Assembly: GCA_030141605.1 (NCBI GenBank)
Contig: JAQGDQ010000050.1
Coordinates: 259,971 to 323,970 of the forward strand
DNA: 64,000 bases
From: Tubiluchus corallicola
Taxonomy: Eukaryota; Animalia; Priapulida
Direction: 5' to 3'
A program made the translations under genes and the position numbers. Shown in pieces: positions 12,704-26,560 of the stretch (positions are counted from its first letter, which is position 1; each line of letters begins with the position of its first letter). The notes below the pieces were generated by a model. It saw only the letters and a list, made by a program, of their open reading frames with translations. It searched no databases and was not told the origin of the DNA.

Positions 12704-14588
12704 AAGGTCCAGTCAAAAGAAAAATTAGGCGTTCTGGTGCCATTAATTTTATTACAAACAACGAATATGTGATAAATAAATCTATACTGTTTTAAATTAA
12801 ATTAGTATTAGTAAGATCCTGTTAAAATTAGATTAGTATCAGTAGGAATAATAATAACACTGGTTTTCTTAAGCATGGCGAACATTTGCATCCATCGGTC
12901 TTATATTAGCAATTTGCAGTAATTTTATTAGCTTATATGCAGTAAAAGTTATCCAAAGTTACGTTAATATTGTTTTCCTTGCTATGTCACTAAAGAAGTT
13001 TTGCTTGAAAAAATAGCAACAATGAGAGAGTGTGAATCAAAACTAACATAAATTTCTTTTTTCCTGGAATGATATCAGGAAAGATATTGCAAAAAATGTC
13101 CAGATTATAAATGTGATGCTACGAATGTAGAAAGTTTACATAATATGGTAAATAGATCAAAAAGTTCTGTTTTGAACGAAGAAGAAAGCTTCCGTTGTTA
13201 AGCAGAACGCGCGTAGGTCAAATTAATTATTCATGCGAAAAACTTAGAGTTTATCTGTGAAAAAATTATTTTGTGTTAATTATTCCGCACGAACAATTTT
13301 ACGTGTCACATTGGCTGTGAAACAATCATTCTTAAGAACAAATCTTTTAGAAGATAAGCATGCATGATAGTGTTCTTGTTCAAAGAAACGTAATGCTTTG
13401 ATGCTTTTGATTATTAATATTGAAGCCAGCTCACCCAAATTAACAAGCTCATATTACGGTTGCACTGAAACCTGACGTTGATGAAAAGTCAAATGTCAAA
13501 CAGAAGACAAATCGAAAAAGGGCCGGTTAAACTGGAGCGAAAGTTCATCAATACTACCGCCATAACATTGATTATACCTGTTTGATATTTAGTACTTTTT
13601 CTGTCTGATTAGTTTAGCTGTACAGAAAACAGATGGTCTTGGTGTGGCGTGGTGTGGTGTGCAAAATTTTTTGAGAATTTCTAATAATATTTAGTATTGC
13701 GTTCGCACGTTTGTATGATAGGTTTTGTCATGATTTACTCAGGTTATGTCTAGGCCAACGAGTCTATTACAGTAGTCCTGTTTAAAATTACAGAGAAGAA
13801 ACGGACGCGCACTCGCCACTTAATCTTTTTAACGCCTTTCATAGCGTTATGTTTAATTCACTTGTATTCTTACACTAGATGTAGATATGTGGACTTATTT
13901 TGCCTCTGTGTCGTTAAAAACACACTGTCGGAGCCATTGTATGTGATGAAAAGTGCTTGATCAGAGCTGTGCTGTGTCCCAGCAGAGAATAGCGAAAGGA
14001 TACGGAACGGACACAATTCTGTTTGCATTCCAAAGTTAATCCAAGTTCTGAATGTGCACATTTTCTGTGACAATTCTAGCTAGAGTAAACGGAGTTAATG
14101 AGTACAAAACTTAAACCGTTTCGAACTGCGTCCCTAACGTCAGAGCTGCTAATTACTGATTACGTTGATTTCTTCGAGGAATCGCTATTCGACCGCGCTG
14201 CTCCAAACCGATTGGTCCCATTCCGAGTCTAGGATGGATGTACATTTAACTTGTATTGTGTCTGATAATAGGGCTACTTCAGAATACAACTTCAGATTTT
14301 TTATGGCTGAATCCCGAAATCAACCTAAGTTTAAGAATTGTTTCGTGTACTTGTATTGTAGAGGTTTTTAACTTGCGGATAAATAAAGTTTTCTTTATAT
14401 TTAGTTATAGCAAGCCTCATTACTGCGCATGTCAAAAATGTTGAAACTGACTGCTTGTATTAAGATGCATATATATTGTATGTCATTTGAAATTTGATGT
14501 GCCCTTCATTCAATTGTGAAGTCTTGAGATTATTAGTAACTGAAAGCCAAACCACTGCACTATTATAGTAGTAACAGACGCAAACAAC

Positions 14589-15572
14589 ATGAATTATTCT
14601 TTCTTGGAATCAAATTTCACCAGCGACTTCATTAATGTTAAAAGCAAATCGTACTTTGCTACGTCCTCAATGCTTTTCTGGGGTTTTGTCTTTCTGATAA
14701 TGATGACAATGAATGGACTCGACGCTTTCGTTGCTGTGTCTATTGTGGTCACTGAATCACTGTGGAGCACTGGTAATTTTCTCCTGGCGAACTTGGCTGC
14801 AAGTGGAGCGTTTACTGGCATTTTCAGTTTTACAGCCAACATGGTTCGCCGTCGCATTGCTGAGTTCTCTGCCGTCGGCTGTTCATTTTATCTTTTCTTC
14901 TGCTACGCTTTGCTTATTGGAAGCAACCAAAGCCACATATGGATTACTATTGACCGCTACGTTGCCATACTTTATCCTCTACATTATCCGATGATATGTA
15001 CAACCAGAAACACTAAAATTCTTCTTCTTTGCATTTGGATCTATTGCTGTTTGGTAGGAATTTTATCCACCACACGTGTGATGGTGTCTACGGACGATAA
15101 GTTTGGTACATGCATTGGTATGGAGAATGTAAGCACGCCGTTTAACTATTTCTTTAATTCCCATTTTTTTCTGTCAATTGTTGTACAAGCTGTTGTCTAT
15201 TCGAGAATACTAAAAGTCATACTGCAGCACAAACAGCGACTCGCACCTTTGGCTCCGGGAGCACAGCAAACTTACATCGACATAAAACAGAGGATAAAGA
15301 CAGCAGCACCTTTGTTTATATGCACATCGACTGCGATAGTTTGCCAGTCTACAATGGTTTTCGAGGGGATTCTCTTGCACGCAGGAAAACTTGAAAATCT
15401 GCCAAAAGCTGTAGAAACGCTTCTCAAGTTTTCTGCATACGTGTTGCTTAGCATTGGTCATTTGATTACTGTAATTGTGTACTTTATTAAAATTAAAGAA
15501 TTGCGCGGTATGTTTTTAAATTTAATCCTTTGCAGGAAGAGATGCAATAATCGTATCGGTAACTTGGATTAG
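14589..15572 (+). CDS. Class A (rhodopsin-like) orphan GPCR, intronless CDS, 327 aa
   Basis: Seven hydrophobic segments, N-terminal glycosylation sequons (NYS, NFT), TM2 FLLANLA, Cys at the top of TM3 and in ECL2, ITIDRYVAILYPLHY, TM4 Trp, TM5 YSRI, helix 8 KELR plus C-terminal Cys. Confidence 0.92.
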   Translation: MNYSFLESNFTSDFINVKSKSYFATSSMLFWGFVFLIMMTMNGLDAFVAVSIVVTESLWSTGNFLLANLAASGAFTGIFSFTANMVRRRIAEFSAVGCSFYLFFCYALLIGSNQSHIWITIDRYVAILYPLHYPMICTTRNTKILLLCIWIYCCLVGILSTTRVMVSTDDKFGTCIGMENVSTPFNYFFNSHFFLSIVVQAVVYSRILKVILQHKQRLAPLAPGAQQTYIDIKQRIKTAAPLFICTSTAIVCQSTMVFEGILLHAGKLENLPKAVETLLKFSAYVLLSIGHLITVIVYFIKIKELRGMFLNLILCRKRCNNRIGNLD

Positions 15573-18500
15573 CAGTTATGGTCTACTGTGTAAGAGTTGC
15601 TACTTCATGAGAACATTTAGGCTTGTCCTATCTTAATGTTGTGATTATCTGAATAATATGTATACGGTATTGGACATCCGCCATCGGCATATTGGGGGGG
15701 GGGGGCACCGAGCACTTACTGTCCCCTGGAGATTAGGATATTACTACATGTAAATTCAGTGACTACAAAGCTGTAAGTTGTCTAAAATATTTCAGTAGGT
15801 CCTTTTAAACGTCTAATAATGCAGAAATGCAGAAAATGCATCGGCAAGGAGCTAATCTATAACGTGTCTTTACATAGACAGGCATAACTATAGGAAAGGC
15901 AGGTGATAACGTTATTGATTGATTTTTTTAATTCATGCAATTAATGACCATTTATAAGAATAAGGTTGGTATTTTCTAGTAAAGCGAAAATTATGATGCT
16001 GGTTGAGTCAATATACTTGAAAGTTCGCATTTATAGTTCTTACGCATTAATAGTATCATATTTTACGAGCAAAAACAAGTGTTAAACTGTAAAAACTTAC
16101 CAGCTATTTATGCATGATGTTATGACTCACTGATGCGATTCCTGCTGATGTTCCAATTTTGTTTTAGGATGGGATGTGTAACTTACTGAAACTAACAAGA
16201 CAAACTCGTAATCTTAAATTAATTAAGTTAAACCAATACGTGATGTTTAAAATTAATACAATTAAAGGTTAATTTATTTATTATTATATTAATTTACCAT
16301 TTTCGTGTCGTTTTTGTGAAACTTATTACTCGCTTGTTAAATTTTTCTTGCTCACCTGCCTGGAAATGTCACTTAGAAGATAATTTACTGTTATCATAAA
16401 ATCCGTTTTTTCGTTAGTTTATAATATAGAGTAACTTTATCGTGATGTCGCAGTATCAAAAACTGTTAAAAATGTATTACAAGAACGAGAACAGCACCTT
16501 GACGAAACAGACGTTTTAATAGAGTTACTTCGCACGAGGACATAACAAGCCTCGCTTTATAGTGTGGACAAATAGTGAGACTAATTCCCAAGTTTTCACA
16601 TATCAGTAATATATGTGTATATATGTTGACAAAATTGAGAAATTAATTATTTAACATCTTAATTAATGTATCTCAAGATTGCTTTTAACGATGGAACGAA
16701 CCGGAAAAAAAGAAACGTGAAAATGTCAGTAACCAAGATCTTTCGCTATCCGACAGGTACCATAACCGCTACATTACCATAAAACCAGCAATCATGACAG
16801 TTTTACTTAATTCTTGTCAACCTGTTTAGTTTCCAAAAACTTCAGTTAATTGTGGTTGGATACATTTTAATCATTAAATGAGAAGAATTTTTGCTAACGT
16901 TTCATATTAAAACTAACTTGATTTACATGAGCATCTATTTGATCTACCTGGGCGGGCCCAGCAATAATTCTACGCCCTGATTTTCTCAGATTATCTGCAC
17001 TAGATATCTTGACGATATACTAATGCAATGGCAATGTATCAGTAAGCATAATTCAGGCTGAATATTAGGCTAACTGGCAAGCTTTTGTAAACGCTTAGTC
17101 GCTGTATGTCATCAACATGTCATTTTCGCGATTGGATGTTCGGTATTAATGCGAAATCTGAAACCACGAGAAAATTTAGAAATGCATGTCTCTCTAGTTT
17201 TGTTATCAATAGATGTGCAATGTTTCATTCAATGGTTTTTTTACCCCCTTTACCCTGAGACTGAAATTTGCATCACATACATGCACTTTAATCACTAACA
17301 GTTTTTCATCACAGCACTTGTTTGTCTAAACGAAATAGCTGCGCCAATTATAAGGTCAGCTACTAACAATATAGCACAATGTTTTTCTTTACAAATTTAT
17401 TAAAGTGCCCTCCATCTTTATCAATTCGGTTCCGCCATAATATTGTGTTGTGAAAATTTATATAATCAGTGTAATGTATTCTGTATTACATTATCACAGT
17501 TTGTTTACTTTATTTATTGCGGTTCGTAAAACAAAAATGTTGTGTAATAATTACGTAGGTCTAATACATCCACTGCCTAATGTAGTTGGCCAAGCGTTGT
17601 TGTAAAATGTTACATAAATAAATTTATATCTAATTATTTATGCCTTTTTCATTTGTACGTTCACTTTTGATTTCTGGTACGTTTGCTGGTGGAACAAATT
17701 ACTTAATGTAGTTTATTTAGTCCCGAAAAGCTTTCTAAATCGGGTTAAGTTTATTACAAGTCCACTCTGATAATAATTAAGGTACCATCAAACACTTGAC
17801 GTGTTTGAAAACATGTTGCTAGAAAAGCTGTTACTAGAGTTGGAGCACGTCTGAAGTGACTGTTTGGCACATTTTATAATGATGACCTCTTGATCTTATT
17901 TCGCTCTTCGATGAGTCTCATAGGCGTGTACATGTGGTTGTTAGTCTTTTGTGATTGTACGGTCGACACCATGCTAATGAATATAGCACAGAGCAGATCT
18001 ATTCGCCGGGTGCTCAGCAGTGTGGCTAGATAATCTTTAAATTTTTAGCTGGAAATAAGTCATTACTTTTGTGAGTGCTGTAGTGTTTGTCATCCAGGTA
18101 CACCAGAATGGACGTTAATATTTTGCATAAAAGGGAAATAAAAGTGAATCACATGAAGTTGATCATCTGACCCACTATTATGGCAGACGAGAGGAATATA
18201 ATTAATTTATTACGTTAATAAGATAGTGCTATTCCGTTCAGGGGCTCAAATCACGCAAGAACTATTTTTATTTGCGTAGGATTTAAAATAAATGTGTGTT
18301 TGACAACCGCGCTATGACGCATGGTCAGCCTGTTGATGAAAGTCGTATTGTGTATGCCCTAATTCTCATACAATAGTTTGCTTATGTAATTATCACTATC
18401 ATCCGATTATAGCAAAATAGTATCTATTTTTGTGCACACGTTTAAGTAAGTCTGACATCCTGTGTCTAATCGGGTACTTAACGTTTTCTGTAAACATATC

Positions 18501-19063
18501 ATACATCCAGCTCTCTCACAAACTGTTCTACATTCGGTTGTTTTAAATAAGCTTTTTATAATAATTAAATCGAACATATTTCAACTAAAACTCTAAGTAA
18601 TTATTATTTTATCCTATCACACCTATCATAGACTTCGTAGGTATTTTCCTTAATATTTCGGTGGTTTGTCTGCACTTTTCCGTTTGAAATGTTGCAGGTA
18701 AGTAAACGTCGAGATTTTGGCTCAATTACAGGCAGTGCCGAGACCTCGCAAATTACCAAAAAATGACACAAATAGCAGATGATAAGACGTTAGTGGTTGT
18801 AACATGACTTCCTACAAAAATGAAAGTAGAAAAAATACGAGTATTGGGATGTCCCTGTCTCGTGCTTACTGGGTTGCTTATTATTACGCGTTCTGGTAAA
18901 TCGTTATAAAAATTTTATTTATTTACTTGAACATGGACACGAATATGTTTATTTTTTATGTGAAAGCAATGTGCTTCTGGCACTTCAAAATCAATTTGAA
19001 ATTAAAATCAAAATCCAATCACTCCTATTAGGTAACTCAAGACACCTGAATTAGAATCAGTCA

Positions 19064-19308
19064 TTGCTTACCTATCGCCTTTTTTTATTCTCTCTTTACT
19101 TCCTTTCCTCTTCCGTTCTCTCGTTTTTTTCTTATTCTTATTCCTTTCAGAGGCATTTTTGTTTCATTTATTATTGTCTTCGTGACTACTTTCTTCCTAC
19201 ATGTCTTTTTTTATACCTGTCTGCCTGTTTAACTGAATACCTGTTCGTTAGCATACCTCTTTTTTGCTTTCATCTTTATTTCCTGTTCTCGTTCTAATTC
19301 TAGATTCT

Positions 19309-19345
<37 letters not shown>

Positions 19346-19646
19346 CTGTCTCTCTTTCTCCCTCTCTTCTTTTTGCTGTTGTCCGTCTTGTTTTTGCCGC
19401 CCGGTCATTTCTCTCTTTATTTCTTCTTTCCTTTATTTCCGTGCCTTGTCTGTCTTCCCTTCGTTTCTTCTTTTCTTTCCTTTGACACTTTAATTCTTTC
19501 TTTTGTTCTTCATTTCCCTTCTTTCTTTCTTCCTTTCCCACCTTTCTTTCGTCAGCCTATCTTCTTTTTCGTTTTCATCAAATCTCCTGTTCTCTTTCTA
19601 GTCCTAGATTCTCTTCTCTCATTTTTTCTCTCTCTCTCCCTCCCTC

Positions 19647-19699
<53 letters not shown>

Positions 19700-19990
19700 T
19701 TCTCTCACTCTCTTTACCTTTCTTTCTTTCTTCTTGCTGTTGTTCCGTCTGTGTTTTTGTCGCCCGATCGTTTACATCTTCCTTCTCTCTTCATTTCTTT
19801 TTTCTCCTTTCTTCATTCCTCCCGCCCTTTCTTTCTTTCCTCCTTTTCGTTCTCCCTTTTCATCATAATTCTGTCTTTTGTTCTTCATTTCCTTTCTCTT
19901 TTTCTTCCTTCCCATCTTTCTATCATTTTTCCTTTTTCTTCTGTTTTTTGTCTTATTCTTTTTTCTTCCTTTTCTTCGCGTTTTCTCGTC
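19064..19990. repeat. Polypyrimidine/(CT)n low-complexity tract with an internal tandem duplication of 300 bp or more
   Basis: Blocks starting cctgttctc at 19282 and 19586 share tagattctct, ttgctgttgt(t)ccgtct, cgccc and taattct.tcttttgttcttcatttcc. Confidence 0.9.
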
Positions 19991-22390
19991 CACAGACTAC
20001 ATTAGTCTTCTTCTAGATTCCATGCAAAAGTTCGTGTGTAAAATTTGTCTACCAACGCCAATATCGAAATAATAAAATATTTACTTGTAAGATCTACTAC
20101 CTTAGTAAACTAATCATGAGCTTCTAATGGCAATGAACTTGCAAAATAGTGAGAGATTTAAGTGGGCTGAACATACGGTCATAAATTTTCTCTCCAAACA
20201 AAATATCTCATAAAATCTGTAGTGCCTTTTTGATGTAACGAAATGTATTCAATAGTTTGAACTTGTGTAACTGCGTAAAGTTTCGCATATACAATAGCAT
20301 TACAAGTGAGAAAAATGTGCAGCCGGTAAAACAATGACGGTTTTCCCTCATCAAGCGTTCCAGTTTAAAATGAACAAACTGTAAAAGTGACGAAAGTTTT
20401 TCAACTCATCTATCTGCGTAGTATGAATAGTAGCAGAATATCATTAAGATTTAAACTAATTAATTCTCGCACCTATGTGGGTTATACCTCTCATCCACTA
20501 ATTTATGTGCTATAATTATTAATACATGTAATTATCTTTACTCAGGTTTCAGCGTATATAATAACATAATTTTGTTGGATTAATCTTTTAAGTGTCACAG
20601 TGGGGGTAACTAGTCTGCTAAAATAAGATGGAATGCTCGCTTCAAGATAGCAATAAAATCTTGTGTTTTCTGTAGCAAGGAAAATTTTACTAACACGTAA
20701 GGGAAGTTGCTGTCTTAGCGTTAAATGAACCGAAAAATAGCAAAAAATTATATTAAGTAATTTCACTTTTCATTCACATTAAATCTGCTAGTTTAAGTAG
20801 GTCACGTGAATGGTTGTTTCTCTTGAATTCTGTTTGAGCTTTATTCCACCTTAAACCTGTCATGCGTTTGTTTAGTAACACTTCCTTATTTCACATTTCC
20901 TAGGACTTGCATTGTTTGCCTAGTGCACATGAATTCTTTCAATAGTACAAGATTATCCCTCTTGCAGTGTGTATTTTAAATTCCTTTATTCTTTCTTGTT
21001 AATTTGCTATTGCCTTGAGGTTTCTGCATGGGGCCTGCTACAGCTTACAGCTTGAACGAGCTGCAAACATACGTTGTGATCTTGGGAGTAGCACCTAGAA
21101 CATATATAGAGGGGGATTTATTCAGTGGGTTTGTGATTAAGGCCTGCACTCATTCTCGTACAAAACTCACAATATGGTTGCGCCTGCGATACACTATTTC
21201 TATGAAGGTTAAACGATTTCTATAAAGGTAGAATCTAACACTTAGGTTGCGTTGGTTTAAAATTCTTGCCCATAGTGACGTTATTTGTAAAAAAAAGTTT
21301 ATAAGTTTAGTTTCTTTCTATTAGGGAGCTTGCCGAAAAGCTCAGCAACAACGTTACGAACAAATTAAGACTAATAATATTGCACAGATAAAGACGCCAA
21401 CGATGTACTTATTCGTAAAGTGAAGTTAAAAACGTGATATCCTGTACTCGGATTTATAATGTTAGGATTTATAATATAATCTTAATTGTAGACCTAAATG
21501 CATGACGTCATCTCTGGTTGTTTTGACATTTTTGCGCTGGTACCTTGCACTACCCGCTCAGCAGGAGTGCAAGTTTTCTCCTTTTATCATTGACAACCAC
21601 GAAGGTGTGTGAATTACTATTCTCAGATTTCTATTCAGTAACATGTGGGTGCAGATTTATTAAAGTCTTTTACCTTGCTGTATGTAATAGCTGCTTGTTA
21701 TACAGCTCATGTCCTTGGGTCACCGTGCTTGTCACAGTCATAAATTCATTGGTGTTACTTCCTTGATAATTACTATTGAATACAAGTAACAGTTTATTAC
21801 TTTGTCATCTATCAGGTAAATTACTTATGCATTTTAGCCCACAGTTGGCACTAGCATTATGCAAATTAGAAGAGTTTCAGTATGGACATTCGGTTTTTCA
21901 GAGTCCGCTGTTCAGGTGAAAAAATATTAATATTACATAATGAAAATTAATGCCCGGATAAAGTTACCTACATCAAGAGTAGTGTTTGCGATAATAAAGC
22001 CTCCTTTATAGTATCGCTGCCTTGTAACCATTTGTAACTTGCATGTGTATTCGTACTGTATTATATAGAAAATAATAATGAACTATAGGTTTAGGTGGCA
22101 TTTGTAGGATCTTAATAGCCTCACTAATTAATATCTATTTTTCTGAAGATGTAATATATCATGTGAAGACTTACAGACTTTCTAGTCTGTTTGGGAACCT
22201 AGTAATCACTGTTAGTTCAACAAACTTCTCTAAAGACGTTTGAGTTCTAATTAATTACGAAATCAGTCCAACCGTTGAGTCCCTGTTAGCTTGCATGCGT
22301 CAATTAGCTGTAGAAGTATATATATTTCAATTTGAGAAATTGTTTACTATCCTACTTTTGGGTTGTGAGATATTTTTTTTGCTGTTGCAG

Positions 22391-24706
22391 GGACCATTAT
22401 GGGGGAAGTGGTTTTAAGGAACGCATCGAGTAAAGATAACAGAAGGACACTTTGGAGGGCAGCAAAACGTATCATGTCGCGTTCAACGCACTCCCCTGTG
22501 ATCACTCCTGACGACAACAGCGCCATTAACACTCCCATTAGTTTTAAAAAACCCAAACCGCTGCCAAAACCATTCGAACTTACCCAACTTATGAGAAAGA
22601 AACGATCAGGAAATAATAGGCCCATGCCACATGCGGATGCAGACACATTAGCTAAAAGAACTAAAACAAATACATTTACAACGCTAACTGATAAAAGAAA
22701 AGTCAATGAACTGCCTGCACAACTTGCTTCACTGAGTAATGGCTGTGCAAACTTAGATACTGACATTGTCAGCAAGCTGTCTGATCAAAAGAATTTTGCT
22801 GATTCTAATGACTCAATTGAAGTAATTATTGATGCTAAAACTCCAAGCTGCATTTTGCCAAAAACAACGAAAGAAGACAAAGCAAGTGTTGTGGCAAATA
22901 ACCCAGTGCGTGACGCAGACAACTTGGATAATGACAGCCAATTAAAAGAATATATAGAAAGTAACACGCACGCCCCGAGTTACTGGACTGAACAACTTAC
23001 CGACGGCACACAGGTGTTTGAAAGTAATGCCGACTTTACCAGCAAGCAACTGTTAGCTGGAGTTGAATTAACTGGATCAGAAGTTTTGCTAACTGGGGGT
23101 TCACGCTTGGACGACGTATCGAGTGCAGAAAGGAGGTCAACTTGGGGCAGCAGCAGTAGCTGCTGTTCGAAGGGAGATTGTGCTACTGTGTTACACCGTG
23201 AGTGCATGAATAATGGAATTGGACGAGCTGTGTACAGTAGAAACGGTACAGCAACTCAGAATAACAAAGACGTTCCACTCTCTCTGGTTGAGTTTAAAGA
23301 GAAAGATTTAGCGATCAAACAATATTCGCGCACTAGTAAGCAAACGCCCAGACCGCCGCTGATGCCAAAACCTAAACATTTGGCAGTAAAATCCGGGCTG
23401 AAGATCAAAAGTGCTCCATCGCGACGCAGTAAACTTTCTAGACGCTGTATGAGTGCGCCATCGTTTAAGAAAGATACCAGGCTGGGGCCTCGCGACGGCA
23501 GTAGCTTGCTGGATGAAATTATGAAAGAAATTGGGTATGTTCCTAGTAGAAATGTGACTTCAGAAGCGAGTGAAATGAAACTGGATGACTTGCATGTTGT
23601 TGAGAATTGCTTACAAGTTGATTGTTCTAATTCTAATATGAACACAAATGTAGATACTTCACGAACATCAAACGAAAGCGATAATACCGAAACTGGAAAC
23701 ATCAAACCCTGTGATATAGCATCAACTGCCAGAAGTTGTACGTCAAGTCCTGTTCCGATGCCACGAAAGAGCTTACTGAAGAAGAGATCTTTGCTTTTGA
23801 CCAAAAAACCTGCCGTCTTGACTACATCCAACAAAGAAGACGCTCAAAGTGATCCATTAAAAAATCCGGCTATTATCGATCTGAAAGATATCAGTATTAA
23901 GTGCGAAAAAGAGGTTCTCTATCTGAAAAATAATGTAAATGAAAAACGTTTTGACCCGCTCGCTACAGTAGACCATGTGCAAAATGGTGACTACTCCGAA
24001 TGCCAAGATATGGAAATAAAATGCGAAATGCAAGATGCTGAGTCAGTGTCCATTGGCAGTGCTCAAGATGATGGAACTTCAGTTGGATCGTTTGGCTCGG
24101 AGATAGAGCGTTTACTGAAGAATTTCGCTAGTGAGTCAAATTTCAAACTAACAGATACGGATGGTGACTTGATGCTTTTGGAGGATACGTTTCTAGTAGA
24201 AAGTGACTACGAGGCCGTTTGTGGAAATGGCAAAGACTCTTCAAGTCAAGGTGAATTTGACGACACCTATGCTGACATTGATGAAGGCTTTGATATGACA
24301 GCTTCACAAAGGATGGTCACGTTTGATTCGGAAGATGAGAACGAAACCGAAAATGTTTATGCTGACATTGACGATGTTGATGCAGGTGCCAGTGCTGACG
24401 TTTACCGCCCATGGGCAAGCTTGTGCACCTTCACTTCTTCGTGCACTGATCCTATTGAGACGGACCCAGTGTACACAGATATATCGGATCCCACTGTTCA
24501 GACTACTTCCCTATTTACCGAATCTCCGAGACTTGCTGAATATGGAGTTGATTGCAGTTACACACAACAGAAAACCACGTGCACAAAGAAGAAGAACTTC
24601 TCTGATCCTGGACTGACAGATAAAAGTTTGGTTATTCGAGGCACCATGGTGGAAATTAGGGAAGTTAGAGAAGCAACTGAACTTGGAGAGCCAGAAATAA
24701 CTGCAG
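22391..24706 (+). CDS. Large coding exon (ATG 22399) encoding a disordered, proline/tyrosine-motif-rich N-terminal region of an unidentified signalling or scaffold protein
   Basis: 782-codon ORF; acceptor ttttgctgttgcag| and donor GCAG|gtaagg (phase 1). Motifs KPKPLPKP, PPLMPKP, PVPMPRK and acidic YADID x2, YEAV, YTDI. No folded domain recognised. Confidence 0.88.
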
Positions 24707-26484
24707 GTAAGGTTATTAAATTATTTTATGTCTTCATACTTTTGTGACTTTGAAATGATGATTCTTCTAGTAAAAAACTAGGAGTTTTTTCGCCAAGCCT
24801 CAGAAGTTTTCCTAATTGGGAAAGTTTTTAAAAACCTACAATTATTATAATATAATTTTTGTACAACTATAAATGCGTGATGCATAACCAATACCTATTG
24901 AAGTTTAGTTGTAATCTTTTCATATAATTGTCTCATTACTACTCCTTCTGTGCTAGTACCAGATCTGGCCATTGTACAGGTAGAACAGGTGGAGGGTGGG
25001 CCAGCATTGCTGCAGCTGTAGGGTAAAACCCGAATATCCATACAGATTATCCACTCGGGCTTGCCCTCGGCCTCGATAAATTATCTTGATCCTTGAATTG
25101 ACGAACCAACTCACTTAACAGTGAGGTTCATAAACCATAAATTTATGAGTTTTACTGCTGTGTGGCAATGACCAATTTTAATAATTGGAAATATATGGAA
25201 TGATTAATTATAATAGTATCAGCATTTAATATCAACTTCTGTTAGGGGTGACCTTTGACCTCTACGTCAAAAGGCAACTCAATTGTGGCGTTTTTTCGAA
25301 CGAAGTGGTTTTGCTCAAATTTCAGTCGCTCAGTTATTTTCTAAAGGGCACACTTTGAAATGTCTATTGATAAATGACTGTGCATTTACTGATAAATCTT
25401 TAACAGCCTCAAACAGTAAGTTACCGTGTATGAACTAATCAAACTATATACAGCATCTTAAATTATGCTTTGTGGTTATAAATAATAATAGCTCACCAGT
25501 TTTATCCACATTCGATCTGCCTGCTGTACACGACTTAAGCAAATGCATGGTGTGAGATTTGATTTAAAATAATAAAGTAAAATCATGAAACCATCCAGAT
25601 GGAGCGAATTTAATAGTAGAACAGAACTAACCAGACAATACTGTTTATTGAAAATTTAAAATGAACGTTTAATTGTTAATATAAATAACGACCAGCCCCA
25701 ACACTAAAATTTTAGCTGTGCCTGCAAATCATCATCATATTTACTTTGGCGAGATTAAACAGTTACTAGCTTGAATTCTTTGTAGAAAAATTTGGAAAAA
25801 TTACGTGTGTGGTAAAATCGCTATTCATTATGGTAGTTTTGCCCGAATTAACTTTCCATTCTGGGGATTTTTCGTAGTTGTTTAAAATGTTTGTCTGAGT
25901 TCGAAGCTATCAATTTCCAAAGGATTGAAGACAACAGAAACGGAATGTATGTATAGCATGGTGACACAACGGCAAATAGTAGTTATTATAAAATTTAGGC
26001 AGAAACAATGCTAATGCACAGTATAATGTTTTATAATTGCAGTGTACGTGTCATGCGATTTCTGACCTTTTACAAAAATTCAAATTAATTGCGCAAATAG
26101 CTTTACCTTCTCTGCTTTTATCAAAACTGTTTTTCATTGTACTGCACGGCAAGTTATGGTATTGATGCACTGAAGCCTCTAGCAGATGAAATGAATGGTT
26201 GCGTGGCAAGCGACAGAGCAGTAATGTTCACTCTGTCTTAGTGATTATGGATTAAATTAGTTACTAGATATCTAATTGCGTGTAAATATGAATTTGGTGC
26301 AAATTTGAAGCCAACAGTGAATTTGGTGAAACAATCTTCGCAAATGATAGTGCTAAAAAACATTATGAAATCCTTAAAAATCGACAAAAGTGTTTTTATT
26401 GCATAAAGTTAAGAAAACTCCGTTGACAAGAAAAGCAATAAATAGCACAGTCGCGTAATACCACGGTAGCTTAAAATAGGGTCC

Positions 26485-26560
26485 GATCCAGTTGAAAGAC
26501 ATTCTATCGGAAATTAAAGAAGCTTAGGTCTCTCAATATCTTTAAAAAGAAACGTTTACA
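26485..26560 (+). mobile_element. Tiny degraded LINE ORF2 3' end
   Basis: Frameshifted SEIKEA / SLNIFKKK resembles the WNxLPxEIKxxxSLxxFKK tail. Confidence 0.35.

Noticed and set aside
19064-20072. Phe/Leu/Ser-rich and Lys/Arg/Glu-rich ORFs
   Set aside because: Stop-free frames caused by the polypyrimidine tract; the same applies to 43370-43979 and 44674-45168.
21503-21510. Perfect CRE palindrome TGACGTCA upstream of a donor-like site at 21815
   Set aside because: The 8-mer also occurs near 12108 and 40957; chance occurrence is plausible and there is no TSS evidence.
22347-23834. Minus-strand ORFs up to 192 aa
   Set aside because: Antisense shadows of the large coding exon with no independent motifs; the same applies to ORFs overlapping the GPCRs, the Grl and 61514-63496.
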